A DNA stretch of 55,560 bases, filler included, from Sphacelaria rigidula (taxonomy: Eukaryota): assembly GCA_964200075.2 (NCBI GenBank). It is 4 parts of 4 records of this genome, joined end to end, with 100 filler letters (N's around TTAATTAATTAA, not from the genome) between each part and the next. Parts side by side here need not be neighbours in the genome. Positions count along the whole stretch, not along the records: positions 27,835 to 41,648 come from CAXNAA020002650.1; positions 41,749 to 55,560 come from CAXNAA020002651.1; 2 more parts are not named here. One strand, written 5' to 3'. This document shows positions 35,998-48,490 of the stretch, in pieces (within the stretch, counting starts at the first letter, position 1; every line of letters begins with the position of its first letter). The position numbers and the translations under genes were made by a program. Under the pieces are notes generated by a model that worked only from the letters and a program-made list of their open reading frames with translations, ran no database searches and had not been told where the DNA came from.

Positions 35998-38922
35998 CTT
36001 GATTTCAGCGTGGAATTCGTTCGTGAAGCCCCAAGCCCCCATTGATCCTATTTCCGGTGCACCATCCGATACAAGAACGACACCCTCACAAGAAACACAT
36101 CAGCAAACAGCGAGGAAGATCAGGGGAAACCACCAGCACGCCACGACCGACTGGCTCAGCAACAGCTCCATCTACAGTGTCTGCGTACCGCAACCAGCCG
36201 ACGGTAGAAGCGAAATCGCTGGCGAATAAAAAAAAATCACCAGCTAGCGGGTACAAGTCGCCAGCTATAACAGCACAGTACTGTCCATATGACCCTGGCT
36301 CTCGGCAATACAGGTTCGGCTGGCACGTGTCGGGCAGATGGACTTGTTGATCAATTGCTTCCCGATCACTTTCCCCAAGACACTAACTACGCGCTGCGTT
36401 GACACTGAGCCGGCAGCCACGCCTGGTAACAGGTCCGTACCAAGATGAAAGCAGATAGGACTTCATCTATAACGTACCATACTGCACGATACTGCACTAC
36501 ACTGCGGTACAGTATCGAGTGTGTACTGCATGTGAGCCGTGTTGGCTGCACGTTTTTTTGTTTGGTGCTTGGTTTCTTTTTATTACACGCGCCATTCTCT
36601 AGTACAGGCTAGCAAGCAAGCCTGCATGCAGTGTTTCCCCGGCAACAAGGTCACCTCATTCGCCAACCCCTGAATGAAGAAGACACGGCCGAGTCAACGA
36701 ACTCGATCGAGCGTGTAATCACCAATATCCGGAATCATAAGCGTCGAAATTTTCTGGGGCTGGTGTCTTCAAAGAACGTCGATTCACGTCCTCTAAGAAC
36801 TCTGACTCAATTCCACCGAGCTCAGCGCACAAATTAGCGATGAATGTCTTTCCGGAATCACCGACACCAAATGTCGGGATATGCACAAGCCCGCAAGGCA
36901 AGTCATTCTCCATTCCGCCCTGCTGGTGCGCAGTTGCAGATAGCTCACGTTGTACGAAACCCAGCGCAAAGTTTTTGCACATGCAGGCAACAGTATTTAT
37001 CAGTCGTCATTTAAGGCCAAAGGTATATTCATATAGATTGCCCTGTGTCCAGAGCGCTTCCAATTTCAATTTATTTCGGTGTTTGGGACGTTGCCGTATC
37101 GGATTTCGGCGGTAAACCCGGAGTGGTCTCGGCTGGGCCTTCTACTCTAGAATGAAGGTCTGCCCGTGACTTCTTTTGTATTTACACGTGGTATTTATCT
37201 CCTTACGGTAGGTAGTGGAGGGACCGGTAGACTCGTTTCAGTACCAAAACGCCCAGGTATCATCATGTAAATTCTTTGTTTTGTGTCTCGTTCGAATCAC
37301 GTGTTGCATGCTAAGAATAAAACCTACCTGTACTGCAGTATGGTTGCGTCCTTGCATTCCTTGACAAAAACTACGCTCCCCGCGCCTTGTACACAGTACA
37401 GTTCATGATAACCAGAGCATGTTGGTGGTGTTTATTTCATGCACATCCGTTTTTGAACTGGTGACTGCTGCCGAGATAGCCCCCCCCAAAACCGGCCAAA
37501 AACGTGCACGGAGGCGATGATCATAACTGCTACACGCCTCTCATGTGGGCGAAATAGCTGCAAACGAGCCCAATAGTGTGATCGCAGCCGGTTCGTTGGA
37601 TGGTGCCGGTGCACTTTGTGTGGGGGGGCTATCTCGTCTTAGTCTGGTACGGTATACTAGTTCGTACAGCATGGAGCATGCGGCAGTACTAGATCGAAAA
37701 ACTGGTACACCACACCTCCAAGTGCAACAACGATGGACTTGCTGGCATCTCTTCTGCGTGCTTTCGAATAAAGCGTCATGAAACATGAGGAGCAATACCG
37801 CGACGGGCTGCCACAGGAGAGTACAACGATGTAGTCGCTGGCACGGTGTCGGCAACACGGAAACGCTAGCGCGCGTGCTGCTCGAAAATAACACGCTCCG
37901 CCCGTGAAATTTAATTCAGTGTTTTATTGAATTTCAATGCAGAGGTTACCCTTTAGGTGTGGAGCCAATACTGTGTACCAACCGCGGCGTGACGCCTGCG
38001 GCGGTACTACCTGCTCACTGCACAACGGCAGGGTGCAGGGTGACAAAGCACACCGCAGAACGTCGCATCCTTAGTCTATCCCTGTTCTGCATTGATTTCG
38101 CGTTGTCCTCTATGCAGTTCGCCAGATCATGAGTGCAGTCGTTGTATCGCAGCCAAGGTGGACGCAGGATGTAAACCTCCTCGCCACACGCTATATTGCT
38201 ACGTCACATTTTGTAAAGCTGTCCGCGTTGCAGCTACAGCGTGCGTTTGCCCCAGGAGGCGCACGCAAGAGTGAAAGGCCGCCTCCGCCGCTGTAATGGC
38301 TGCCTGTATCTTGGGCGAAGCTGTATGGTCATGCAGTCGCGGCTGGGGCGCTCACATATACCGAAAGGTGGAGACCGGCGTCCAGAGTATATGGGACGAC
38401 AACACACACAGTATACTTTCAATATCGTGTTCGTACTGTCTGTAGATTTTTTTTGTCCACGGTTGGGTACATTTCCATATATAATACAGGGGCAACATCT
38501 TGGCAAATTGCAGGTGAGGCAATCGCCGAAATATTCACCTGTAAGCTCTGCTGCAGTGCACTGTAAGTTGATATCGCTCGAAGGACACTACCATAAACAC
38601 CTTGCCGACTGCCAGACTGTCACAGACTGTTAGGACGCAGGATCAGCTAGCATTGCTACTGTCTGAAGGGGTGTTGCCCCCTTGTCAGGTACGTTTCGGA
38701 GCATGATACTCGATGTAGATCATCCTTGTACATGGGCACCAAACGCTGGGGATTCTTACTCAAGACTTCGATTTGGAGGATGATCCTAGGTGGGCAGCGG
38801 CAACTACTGTTTGTCCAGGTCCCCCTTGGAGCAGGATGCGTTTGGTGTCTGTTTGACGAAGTTATCCCCAAAAAGACGAAATCGATAGGGGTTTTAGAGT
38901 GGAAAAATCTAGCAAAAAAACT

Positions 38923-38990
38923 ATCGCAAGAATCCGATCGCAAGAATCAGGTCGCAAGAATCCTGACGCAAAAACGGAGTCGCGAAAAAC
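38923..38990 (+). repeat. Short ~13-bp tandem repeat (TCGCAAGAATC core)
   Basis: TCGCAAGAATC three times, followed by two degenerate units. Confidence 0.7.
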
Positions 38991-39742
38991 CAGGTAGTCG
39001 ATTTTTTACCCGCAACAGAAACCAAAATCACTTCGTGGAATTGAAACGACGAGAACAACCACAGCAGCACTGAAAGGCATCGACAGCGATGTGTCTTCGC
39101 TACACAGTGCATGTTGAGTTGCCTTAGATGGTTCCGTGTCGGAAGAGATATCGCCAATAATGTGCGACGTTTTGAGGAGAGAACATGAGGTCCAAACAAA
39201 CACGAAACGCCACATAATCAGGACGGCGGTTTCACCACACATGGCTTTTGTGGGCGAATCCAAGTTCTCGGGGCTGGTACTACACTGACTCACAGATTAC
39301 AGTTTTGCTGTTTGATGCATTTCAGTGAGGATCACGTCTTTTGCGTACTTGCTTTGTCGTTTCTCAGAGTGTAAATTCTGCCAACAAACCTTTCCTTCGT
39401 GCTTGAAAGCAGCACAACACTGTACAGTCAGTGTTGGATACGGACCGAAATACGGCTAAGTCAAGTACGTTTTGACGTCTTCATATTCGTGAGGTTGTCC
39501 AACTTCAGTCGCGTCGTTGAATTCGCGGCATGGATACAATTCCATCAAACTTTGTTCAATGCATTTACTCCACAATCATTCGTAAATCGTGTGCACATCC
39601 TCCTTGTTTGACTAGACTACGTAGGTGGCACAGCGGACTTCTGCAGTTTATATCAGCGTAGCGGTATCTAGAACTTAGCTGCCCGGGCACAGTTGAGCTT
39701 GGTGTGTGATGGCATTTCTTGGGTTCTGTGTGGCATCAAATA

Positions 39743-39980
39743 TACTTGATTTCAGTGTGATCAGTAGGTACTTGGTTGCAGTGTAGTTCACAACTACTTC
39801 GTGTCAGCATGGTCAACAACTACCACGTGTCAGTGTGATCAGTTACTTCGTTTCAGTGCGGTCATTGACTAGTTTCTATTAGTGTACTCATAACCATTTG
39901 GTTTCAATTTAGTCAATAAATGATTGGTTCTAGTATGGTCAACAACTACTTGGTTCCAGTATGATGATCACTAACCACTT
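39743..39980 (+). repeat. 26-bp degenerate minisatellite (~9 copies)
   Basis: Consensus ~TACTTGGTTTCAGTGTGGTCAACAAC, head-to-tail with no spacers. Confidence 0.85.
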
Positions 39981-40769
39981 GCCTCGGGCTCTGCTGCGGT
40001 TGGGTTGCCGCACTGTATCCCGCGTGTAGTATCCTTGCATCGTACATCACTTACTATTGCTATAACCCATGTTACTCGGGGGGTACCGAATCCCTAAAAA
40101 CTGGGGTACCCCCCTCTCAGCCTGACCTATGATGAGCTTATCCCCCATTTGGGGGCTGTGGCTCCTGGCCTGCAATCGGTAGGGCCCCTTGTTTTGAGCA
40201 TCTCCGTATTTTCGTAGACTACGACAAATATCGCGGGTTTCCGGGCTATCCACCGCACGTTTGACTCCTATTTCGTCTCGTCGAAATATCGTACGCTGCG
40301 AGTATGACATATTGTAGGAGTAAATGACGTATAATACATATTTGAGGAACGAAGTATAAGTGACACTCAACAAGTGCAGCAAGATGAGGTGGCGGGGGGT
40401 GAGGGAAGGCGGGCTTCGTGGATGCTTTGGAGATGACCACGCCTTTTGTGCGCACCAGCTGCATGGTCTTGCGAGAGACTGCTGCTATCGTACTATGTCG
40501 CTGTCTACGTCCCCAAGGCAAAGCAAATAGCCTTAGTACCATCAGCATTTTCATGTACAAGGCTTGGCGGGTTCATTGAAACCTCGCCTACAGAAAATCA
40601 GCGATTGAAGTTCGATAATGATTTGGAAATTGGCTCAAAGTCCAACTTGACTTGAATTTAGTAGGAACAACTGCAAGTGCCACGATCCACAAGTGGACGC
40701 TGGTAATATCGCTCTCACACAAGTGGTCATGCCAGCTGTAGGTCTAACACCCCCCCCCCCCCTCCCCTC

Positions 40770-41070
40770 ATGAGGCATTGCATAAGCCGTCGCTGTCTCT
40801 GGAAGTGGCGATACCAGAAAATGAAGCACGTCACTGTAGGCTGTCATCCGAATACAAGATAATCAGCAGGCTTCGGAACGAACGATCATAGCAGGATGCA
40901 GCTTACCTTCATGCGACTCGTCGAACACATCACGGCGCTTCGCGCTTGGTGATCAAGTGCGAGCCTGGTCCGGCGAAAAACCGGCGTGCTCCGTCCCGGC
41001 TTTGTAGGGAGGCGCGTTCAACGGTCTTGTGGACTACGACATGTATGATCATGAGTACACCCCCGCTTCC
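40770..41070 (+). repeat. Poly-C-flanked ~290-bp dispersed element (long form)
   Basis: Homologous to 13045-13340; preceded by a poly-C run and ends GATCATGAGTACACCCCC. Confidence 0.9.
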
Positions 41071-41211
41071 CCGACCGGAGGCTTTTGAGAACGATGAAAA
41101 ACTACGGCAGAAACCTTATTCTTGCTGTTTTTCCGCAAGTATACCCATTTGAACAACGCCTTCACCACTCAGGAATCACCTGGGTGTGCTCAAAACCGAG
41201 GAGCTATCAAG

Positions 41212-41280
41212 TGTGTACTCATTTCTTGCTTGCCTAAGTTGTTTGACCATTCAACGCGAATCCCTTACGAGACTGAGCAC
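41212..41280 (-). repeat. ~80-bp module (short form, diverged)
   Basis: GTACTCATTTCTTGCTTGCCTAAGTTGTTTGACCATT...CCCTTACGAGACTGAGCAC. Confidence 0.8.
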
Positions 41281-41648
41281 AGGAGGGAGGGCACCAAGGA
41301 ATCTACATAAAAAGAGGGGGCGCTTGACCTCTGGATTACGCCTTTTGGCTTCCACAGAGGGCTAGTATATAGTTCGTGTGTTGCATTTGTCCAACCTGGT
41401 GTACCAGCACGTTACACAACTGTATATACCACAGTACGGATACGTTGAAAGTTGCCACAGTATACTGATGTGCAGTACAGCAGCCTGAAGGCAGGCGAAG
41501 GCAATCACCTGTAATTGATAAATAAGAATAATTCCAAGCCGGTTGATATTGCGGGGGGGGGGGGGGGGGGGGGGGGTCCACTAGACAAAAGACAACCCCC
41601 CCCCCCCACCGCACAGAAAAAGAAACAAGGTTTCACCCCCATTTTTTT

Positions 41649-41748
41649 NNNNNNNNNNNNNNNNNNNNNNNNNNNNNNNNNNNNNNNNNNNNTTAATTAA
41701 TTAANNNNNNNNNNNNNNNNNNNNNNNNNNNNNNNNNNNNNNNNNNNN
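41649..41748. other. Artificial contig-joining linker
   Basis: N44-TTAATTAATTAA-N44. Confidence 0.98.
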
Positions 41749-41913
41749 TGGTGCCTATTCATACATCCGCTAAGCATGTCCACCCTCGGGTGGACATGTT
41801 TGACGGGTGGAGCGACTCGAAGCGCTGCACGAAACTAGCAATAGCGAAGTGCATGAATAAAAGGTTCCTTCCCGTCCTCTGGGGACAAAAAAAAAAATTG
41901 CACACCCTGGACA

Positions 41914-42060
41914 CTGTATGATCAACAGATGCAACAGATCAAATATGTACTGAATGAACTGTATGGTCAATAGCTGCAATAGACCATATATGTACTGAAT
42001 GAAGTTCAGGCCTATTGCTACTATGGACGGTCGACAGTAGCTGCAGTAGATCTATACTAC
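41914..42060 (+). repeat. ~45-bp tandem repeat (two copies plus a partial)
   Basis: CTGTATG.TCAA.AG.TGCAA.AGA.CA.ATATGTACTGAATGAA occurs twice. Confidence 0.7.
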
Positions 42061-42834
42061 CCAGTACACGTCTTGTCTGTTGCATCTCTTCACCATATAT
42101 TGTCCACGGTGTGCAATATTGCAGCAGCTCGCGCATGGTCCAAGTACAGTAGTACAGCACACAATGAGTACTACACGTGATCGCTCACCCACATGATCTC
42201 CCTCCTCCTCGCCCGTGTGTGTCCTGTGCCTTGTGTCTGGGTTTTTTTTTTTGTCGTTCCCGGATTTACTTGTTTCCTGTTTTTGGAACTCGGCCGGGGA
42301 TCCATGACCCTCTCCACCTGCGTGCTTGGATCGCGTTTTCCCTCGAACGTGACGCCATGATGATATGCGCCCGTCTCCAGAACAAGAGAGGCTTTCTCAT
42401 GCTAACGAGGAGCTCAAGTGAGGGGGAGAATTCGAGGGCTGAGTGTGTTGCTTTGCTTGGTGTATGTAGACAAAGTTGGTGTACTTTTCGTACCATGATG
42501 CAGTTTGTTTTTTGAGTTATGAGTTATGAGTTATCAGGCCTCCTCGCGGGCGGGGCGGCGCGCATTTTGTTTTTCGTGTGCCTTTTTTCTTGTCTTTTTT
42601 TTTCTCTCCTCATTCTGTACCTGAGGTCAGACCTAAACGCCACCCCGTTTTGATCCACTTAAAAAAACGGGACATGACCACGAGGGCTTACGCTGTTGTA
42701 GAGTCCATTTCATTTTTTGTCATCTGTGTGTTTTCCTCCGCTGTTACAGTACGATGCCGCAATCGCTCCATTAATCAAGGCGACCCGTTGTTCTGCCGCT
42801 AGCATCACGTGAGTACACCCCCCCCCCCTGCCCA

Positions 42835-42910
42835 TGCTCTGTCTAAAATGGGATGCGTAGTCAATGATCAACTATCTAAGGCAAGCAACAAATGAGTACC
42901 TCCCCTTCCC
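42835..42910 (+). repeat. Poly-C-flanked ~80-bp module
   Basis: TGCTCTGTCT...GGGATGCGTAGTCAATGATCAACTATCTAAGGCAAGCAACAAATGAGTACCTCCCC; a further TGAGTACACCCCC terminus lies just upstream (~42810). Confidence 0.8.
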
Positions 42911-42946
42911 GTCCCGTCCCTTCCTCCCCAAAAATGAACAAAACAG

Positions 42947-43112
42947 AGTTGAATGTGAGGCCGAGAAACGGTCTCGGGTGCAGGCTGAGAGCGATGCTCG
43001 CCGGGCAAAGGCCGCCGCCGACCAGGCTGCTGCGGCTGCTGCTGCCGCCTCACGGTCGCTAAAGCTGGGGGAAAAGCAAGCGTCGGGGGGTGGGGGAAAG
43101 GATGGTGCAGAG
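42947..43112 (+). CDS. Coiled-coil protein of unknown family, exon a
   Basis: aacag|A...GAG|gtgagg, phase 2/0; VECEAEKRSRVQAESDARRAKAAADQAAAAAAAASRSLKLGEKQASGGGGKDGAE. Confidence 0.75.
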
Positions 43113-43377
43113 GTGAGGCGGAGGGCTAAATGACTTGATATTTGCTCTGTGTGGGGCTGGCTAGCGTGACTTCACCAACCTGAACCCTCTCCGTGAAGCT
43201 GTGATTGGAACCTTGGTCCGTTTGACTCCCGTCGTACCGTATGCCTAACCCTTCTTGTCCTGTGAAGGGCATGGGGCTGGCTAGATGGCTCAACAGTTTG
43301 TTGTTGCCATAGCTGCCGTAAGACAAGCTTCGTTTTCTCTCTCTCATCTCTCTCTTGTTTTTCTCGCATATTGTGAA

Positions 43378-43640
43378 AGCCGGTCGCCTCAATGGCTCGG
43401 TTGGTAACCTCGAAACCTTCTGACGGTTGGGAATGTGGGTTCGAATGTCTGTGAAATCACATGATCTGGGATCTTTCTTGTCAAAACATGCCCAATGGTG
43501 GGTATACACAACGTTCGAATTCACGGCCGACGAGGCAAACAGACAGCAGAACCATTCTCGCGATGAAAAGAACGGCGAGGATGGCAGAAAAGAAAGTAGA
43601 GTACTTGATAACAAAATGAAAGATGAAAAAATTCCCGCGT
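43378..43640 (+). mobile_element. tRNA-derived SINE, family B (intronic)
   Basis: A box TGGCTCGGTTGG at 43393, B box GGTTCGAAT at 43438; body homologous to 51182-51455. Confidence 0.75.
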
Positions 43641-44667
43641 TTCCCTTCCTCCCGTGTGACCCCGTCTGATGCACCCACGCAAACTGAAAGGTGCAGATCG
43701 GCATCCATAATAGATCGGAAGACGACAGACTCAGCACACAACACACGTCACACCGTTGTAGATAGCCTACCGACCTGACCTGCTATACAAAAAAAATAAA
43801 CACTTGTTTGGGGACACAGTCAAATTTGAACATGAAAACTCGGTGAGCTGAAGTGTCTTGAGGCATGGATGAGACAAGCAGACGCTGAAAACCCACCCCC
43901 GCCTGGACTGAAAATCTCAACTTTTGCACGGTTCGGATGAATCGTCGCCGATTTGAATCACCATATCCAAGATTTGTCAGGCCTGACTGCTCAAAAAAGA
44001 GAGAGAATTCGACCGCTGGTCGAAAAAAGTCTGGGCGCATTGTTTGCACCATTCCGCGTGCCCGGGCTACGCGTACCTGGGTTGCAACCCAGTAAACGAA
44101 GCCTAAGGATTGATGAGTACGAATCGAATCAAATACACTGAAATGAAGCAATTGCCCGACGAATCATTCATTCTCCCGACCCTTGAACTTTTGCGCACCC
44201 AAGAGTTGATGAAGGATGCTGTGTGCTGTGGTATCGCCGATTGTGTACGCCACGCCTCCTTGTACAGTACCCGCGCGTCATGCTTCCGCGGGTGGTTGAT
44301 GCTACTGGTGCAGTTAGTCTTTGAAAAATGATAATCATTTTCCATTTTGCACGAAACACGCCCGATTCTGAGCGGTACAACAGTGGCGCGGATTCTGTAT
44401 CAAGCGAGGTGCCAGCTTATCTCTATCCGAGCGTCGGGCGCTCTCCTCGCTTTTTCCTTTTGCGATGCATGTTGTGGTTGGTTTGCTTTGCTGGAGCGAT
44501 TGTGTTGGTTTCCACAGGTATTGCATCGCAATTGTCACTCAACCAGGTTGATTGAAGCAGATTGACTTGTGAGTTTTTGTGGTGGCAATCGAAAGAAATG
44601 CGTGCGTGATGATATACACAAGAGTACCGAGATGTTTCGTCCCTCCTCGCTGACTTATTCGACACAG

Positions 44668-44790
44668 GTGCAGGAGTTGCGGGTGGAGATGCAGCAGCTG
44701 AAGGCGAAGAACCACGGGCTCAACACCCAAATGGATGCCTTGGCTGTAGATCACGAGAGATTGGCGGGGTTGCTCTCTACGGCTCAAAAT
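44668..44790 (+). CDS. Coiled-coil protein, exon b
   Basis: acag|GTG...AAT|gttcgt, phase 0/0; VQELRVEMQQLKAKNHGLNTQMDALAVDHERLAGLLSTAQN. Confidence 0.8.
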
Positions 44791-46313
44791 GTTCGTCGTC
44801 GTTTCCAGATTTTTTTTTCTCCCTGTCTGGGCTCTGTCGTGCTGAAACTGTATGCGTCCTGTCTTCGATTAATCTGTGATGTGCCTGCACTGTAGTGTCG
44901 TTTTTTTTTTTGGTACTGTGTGGTGAAGGTTTTGACATCCCTTAGTACCATTTTTGGGCGTGAAAACCCAGATTTGGATCCGCATCATGCAGGCTGAGCT
45001 GCCCACACCCCTGACGAGAGCAGACGGTGAACCTTAGGTCAAGGGGGGTCCACCTTCTATTGATCCCCGAGGATTGTTGGCGTCATTTTTTGGCGCAAGT
45101 TTCCCACTGTATTTCGGGGAACTGGGGTGCAGGGAAGAACCAAGTAACGGCCTAAACGAATACCCGGATCTGGCTTTTACTCTCCAGGTGCTGAAGGCTC
45201 TTGATGTTCGAAATTCTTTTGGAGCTTGCACAACTTACAGGACATGTCTGGGCTACGTGCGGTATGGAGGTTGTCAGAAACCCTTGCCCGCAACCAAGTA
45301 TTTCTACAAGGGTATGCCCGTACCCCCGGTATGGGTCAGCGCTGAGGACAGTTTCGACAAAACTTCTCGGTACTGTTATGAGAGGCTTACAAAACACGAA
45401 GAACTGTCGGGCACGGATTTTACCCTGATAAACATCCAGGGTAGATGGGAAATCGTATCTTCTTTGGCACAACCTTATAATAGTGTGTAGCGTATTGCGA
45501 GAGTCTTGGATGCTTTGTAGCACCGAGTTGTTTCTGGTGTGTGTTTTGTTTTTTGTTCCTGGCATTGTCGGCTCGACTCACTCATGAATTTAAGGCATCT
45601 TGATTTCGTGGGTTCAATTAAATTGCCTCCTTGTCGTATTCTTTATTCATCGTGTTTTTCTTTGTTGGTTGCCATCCCCATTTTCACTTAGTTCGATTCT
45701 TCGTCCCTTTTTTTTGAGCTTCCTCCGGCGACTGTATCCGATTGTATACCTTAGTTGCCTATCGCATGGCTTAACGACGGCTGGAGTGGTTGTAGGTTGG
45801 TTGATTGATTTCCGTACACTTATTTAATCCCCAAGAGATCCGCTCTTGATCACGAAATAGGCGCGTGTATCCGTTGATGAACAAAGTGTTGACACTCGCC
45901 CAAGCGAATCTAAGAGGGAGAAAACACGAAAAAAAAGAGAGAGACAGTGACAAAAGGATGGAAAAGAAACGGATTAAAACTGTAGCTGATCAGTGAAATT
46001 GAGACCATTCCGAAATATTGTATTGTGTATTGTTCAAAATTGCGCGTCGGAACAACATATTTCAGGGATTTTGAGTTTTGGGTTGGGGTTGAGGTTGGAT
46101 CTTTATTTTTGGGAAAAGCGAGAACAATATTGTTTTCGCGTCATGTATGGAACGAAGCGATCAAATTGTGGATGATCAGTCATTGGGAATATTGGTCAAG
46201 CCACTCGATTATCAATCAATCAATCGACCATTCTGTCACGTGTCATGATATGCCGTGATACTAAAATCCGTAAAATGGTATCCCGTGCAACGTGCGACGT
46301 GCGGTGGGAGCAG

Positions 46314-46406
46314 GATCTGAAAGCTGCACGGGCGGAGGCGGACGAGTTACGAACTGGCGTGGCTTCTCTGGAGCAGTACAAGGCTACCGTTGGGGTGAAA
46401 ATGCAG
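46314..46406 (+). CDS. Coiled-coil protein, exon c
   Basis: cag|GAT...CAG|gtgcgg, phase 0/0; DLKAARAEADELRTGVASLEQYKATVGVKMQ. Confidence 0.75.
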
Positions 46407-46484
46407 GTGCGGGTAGTACCTACAAACTCGAGACTAAATATCACGAGGCATCATTCTATTCCCCCCTGCCGGCTGTCACCGGTA

Positions 46485-46655
46485 ATGCTCCGTCTCGAAG
46501 GGGATGCGTGGTCAAGGGTCAAACGACAAAGGCTAGCAATGGATGAGAATGCCCCCCCCGTCCCCCCCGTCCCTGCATTTGCTCCGTCTCGAAAGGGATG
46601 CGTGGTCAATGGTCAAACGACTAAGGCAAGCATGAAATGAGTACGCCCCCCCCAT
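46485..46655 (+). repeat. Two head-to-tail copies of the poly-C-flanked ~80-bp module
   Basis: TGCTCCGTCTCGAA.GGGATGCGTGGTCAA at ~46486 and ~46580, each ending ATGAG.A.GCCCCCCC. Confidence 0.9.
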
Positions 46656-46753
46656 ACCAGCTTTTATCGTGTTTTATACATCGATTGAACCGCCCAGATC
46701 GTTTTGATGTGGCAGTTGATTTTGACATTTTCTCATGTATTGATGCGCAACAG

Positions 46754-47212
46754 TCATCGCCTATAGGCGATGATACGTACGAGTTACCGAGTAGGACCCT
46801 AGAGGAAAAAACCGAATCCGTCAGGATGCTAGAAGCCGCGGCACAGCGGCAGCTCCCGGACTGGGGTATAGCAGAAGGTGTGGAGGGGGAGGTTGAGGGT
46901 GGACTCGGGGGGGACTCTGATGCTATGTCTCAAGTCGATGAGGAGGACGACCATAGTGATGATGGTAGTGATGATCATCCCCGCAGCTGGAGAAGGGGAA
47001 GCGCTGAAGTACAGGAGACGGGGAGAAGAGTGTCGCTTCGGCAGCAACCGTTACGACGACGACGGCAGCAACGGCAAAGCTCTGTCGTTATGTTGGACGC
47101 GCCCATGAGAAGGCGCTCCACACGCGCGGGGCCCAAGGCGTGGGGTTTGAACGAAGAAGACGAAGGCACCGAGGCTGGGCCCGATCCCCCCTCCTCGTCG
47201 TGGCCTCCGAAG
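46754..47212 (+). CDS. Coiled-coil protein, exon d (acidic/low-complexity)
   Basis: aacag|TCA...AAG|gtgacg, 153 codons, phase 0/0, inside ORF 46637..47221. The acceptor position is less certain. Confidence 0.7.
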
Positions 47213-47394
47213 GTGACGTGACGGAGTGTTTTTTCTTCTTTTCACCCAAGAAACCGCTGTGAACTCTGATAGGCGCCGTTCTCCCTTGTTGGATATCCCC
47301 GCCTACGACGGCACTGCGGCGGGATTTCCATTCGCACGCATCCCCACCGATTCAGGTAGAGGAGGCACTAGTTTTGGGCATCCTGATGTACACG

Positions 47395-48080
47395 TTCGGC
47401 GGGGGGCCTTCGGCGCGTAACCGAACCGAGTCACGTAAGAAAACGGGCTTGATGTATCCTGTTATATAATATATATATATCCGGGCGCGGCACAGCTGGA
47501 CGTCGGCGCGGATGCTCACGAATTCACGTTTCAGCGGGCTTTGGTGCATCCCGGTGCATGTATATCCGGGCGCGGCGCGGCAAATCTCCGGCGTGGGCCT
47601 GCACAAGTCAAGAAGGGGACTTGGCACATGCTGGTGTTTCCGTCGATGCGGCAACTTCGGCGCAGAACCCGATCCGATTTACGTTAAAAAAAAAATGGCT
47701 TTGATGCATTTTCTGTTGCGTTGATGTCCGGGCGCGGCGCAGCGGGGATCGTGGCGCAGACCCTCACAAATTCACGTTCAAGCGGGCTTTGGTGCATCCC
47801 AAAGCATATATCCTGGTGCGGAGCGGTGAATCATCGGCGCGGACCTGTACGGTTGCACGTAGTACCGGACTTCGGCGCATCCCGATGCGTATATCCGAGC
47901 GCGGAGCGGCGAATATTCGGCGCGGACCTGTACGGTTCCACATGGTAACGGGCTTTTGTGCATACCGATGCATTTATTCCGGGCGCGGAGCGGCGAGTCT
48001 TCGATGCGAACCTGTAGGGGGTTGTGTATGTAGCGGGGCAGATGCGTGCACCTGAACTCGGTGCGACTCGGCGCGGCGCA
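47395..48080 (+). repeat. ~83-85-bp degenerate tandem array with a ~250-bp higher-order period
   Basis: Motif TATCCGGGCGCGG at ~47478, 47563, 47726, 47809, 47892 and 47975. Confidence 0.8.
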
Positions 48081-48409
48081 CGAGGTGTCGCTTCGCGACC
48101 TTGTCCTTCTGATAGAGATGGGGGGAAGGGGGGGGGGTGGCGGACGCGCTTGAGATCTCTACGAACATATGAAGTACGACACTGCAAGGAAATATATTCT
48201 TTAGTATCATAGTGCAGTTGAACAGTGGTATATGGGTAAAGAAAATGAGGAATGTTTGCCCTACATTTTTTTCTAACTTCTACGTGTTTTCAACAACCGC
48301 CTGCCCCTGAAGGTGTAATACCATGCCCAGCCCCAATTTTATGGGGCTGACTACTTACCGGCAATTACGCCCTAGAGTCTTTCTTTGGACGAGGGTGGGG
48401 GGGGGGGGG

Positions 48410-48490
48410 GGGGGGGATACTCGTTTGTTGCTTGCTTTGGTCGCTCGACCGTGTGGTCACAAATCCCCTTCGAGGCGAGACACCGTCCCT
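48410..48490 (-). repeat. Poly-G/C-flanked ~80-bp module (diverged)
   Basis: (G)n ATACTCGTTTGTTGCTTGCTTTGGTCGCTCGACC...ATCCCCTTCGAGGCGAGACACCG. Confidence 0.75.

Noticed and set aside
36719-36982. Possible first exon of the IQCH-like gene
   Set aside because: Protein-like, but I could not establish homology or a phase-consistent splice path through 33880-34790.
39743-39980. CRISPR-like array
   Set aside because: Units are contiguous and degenerate with no unique spacers, in a eukaryotic context with no cas genes.
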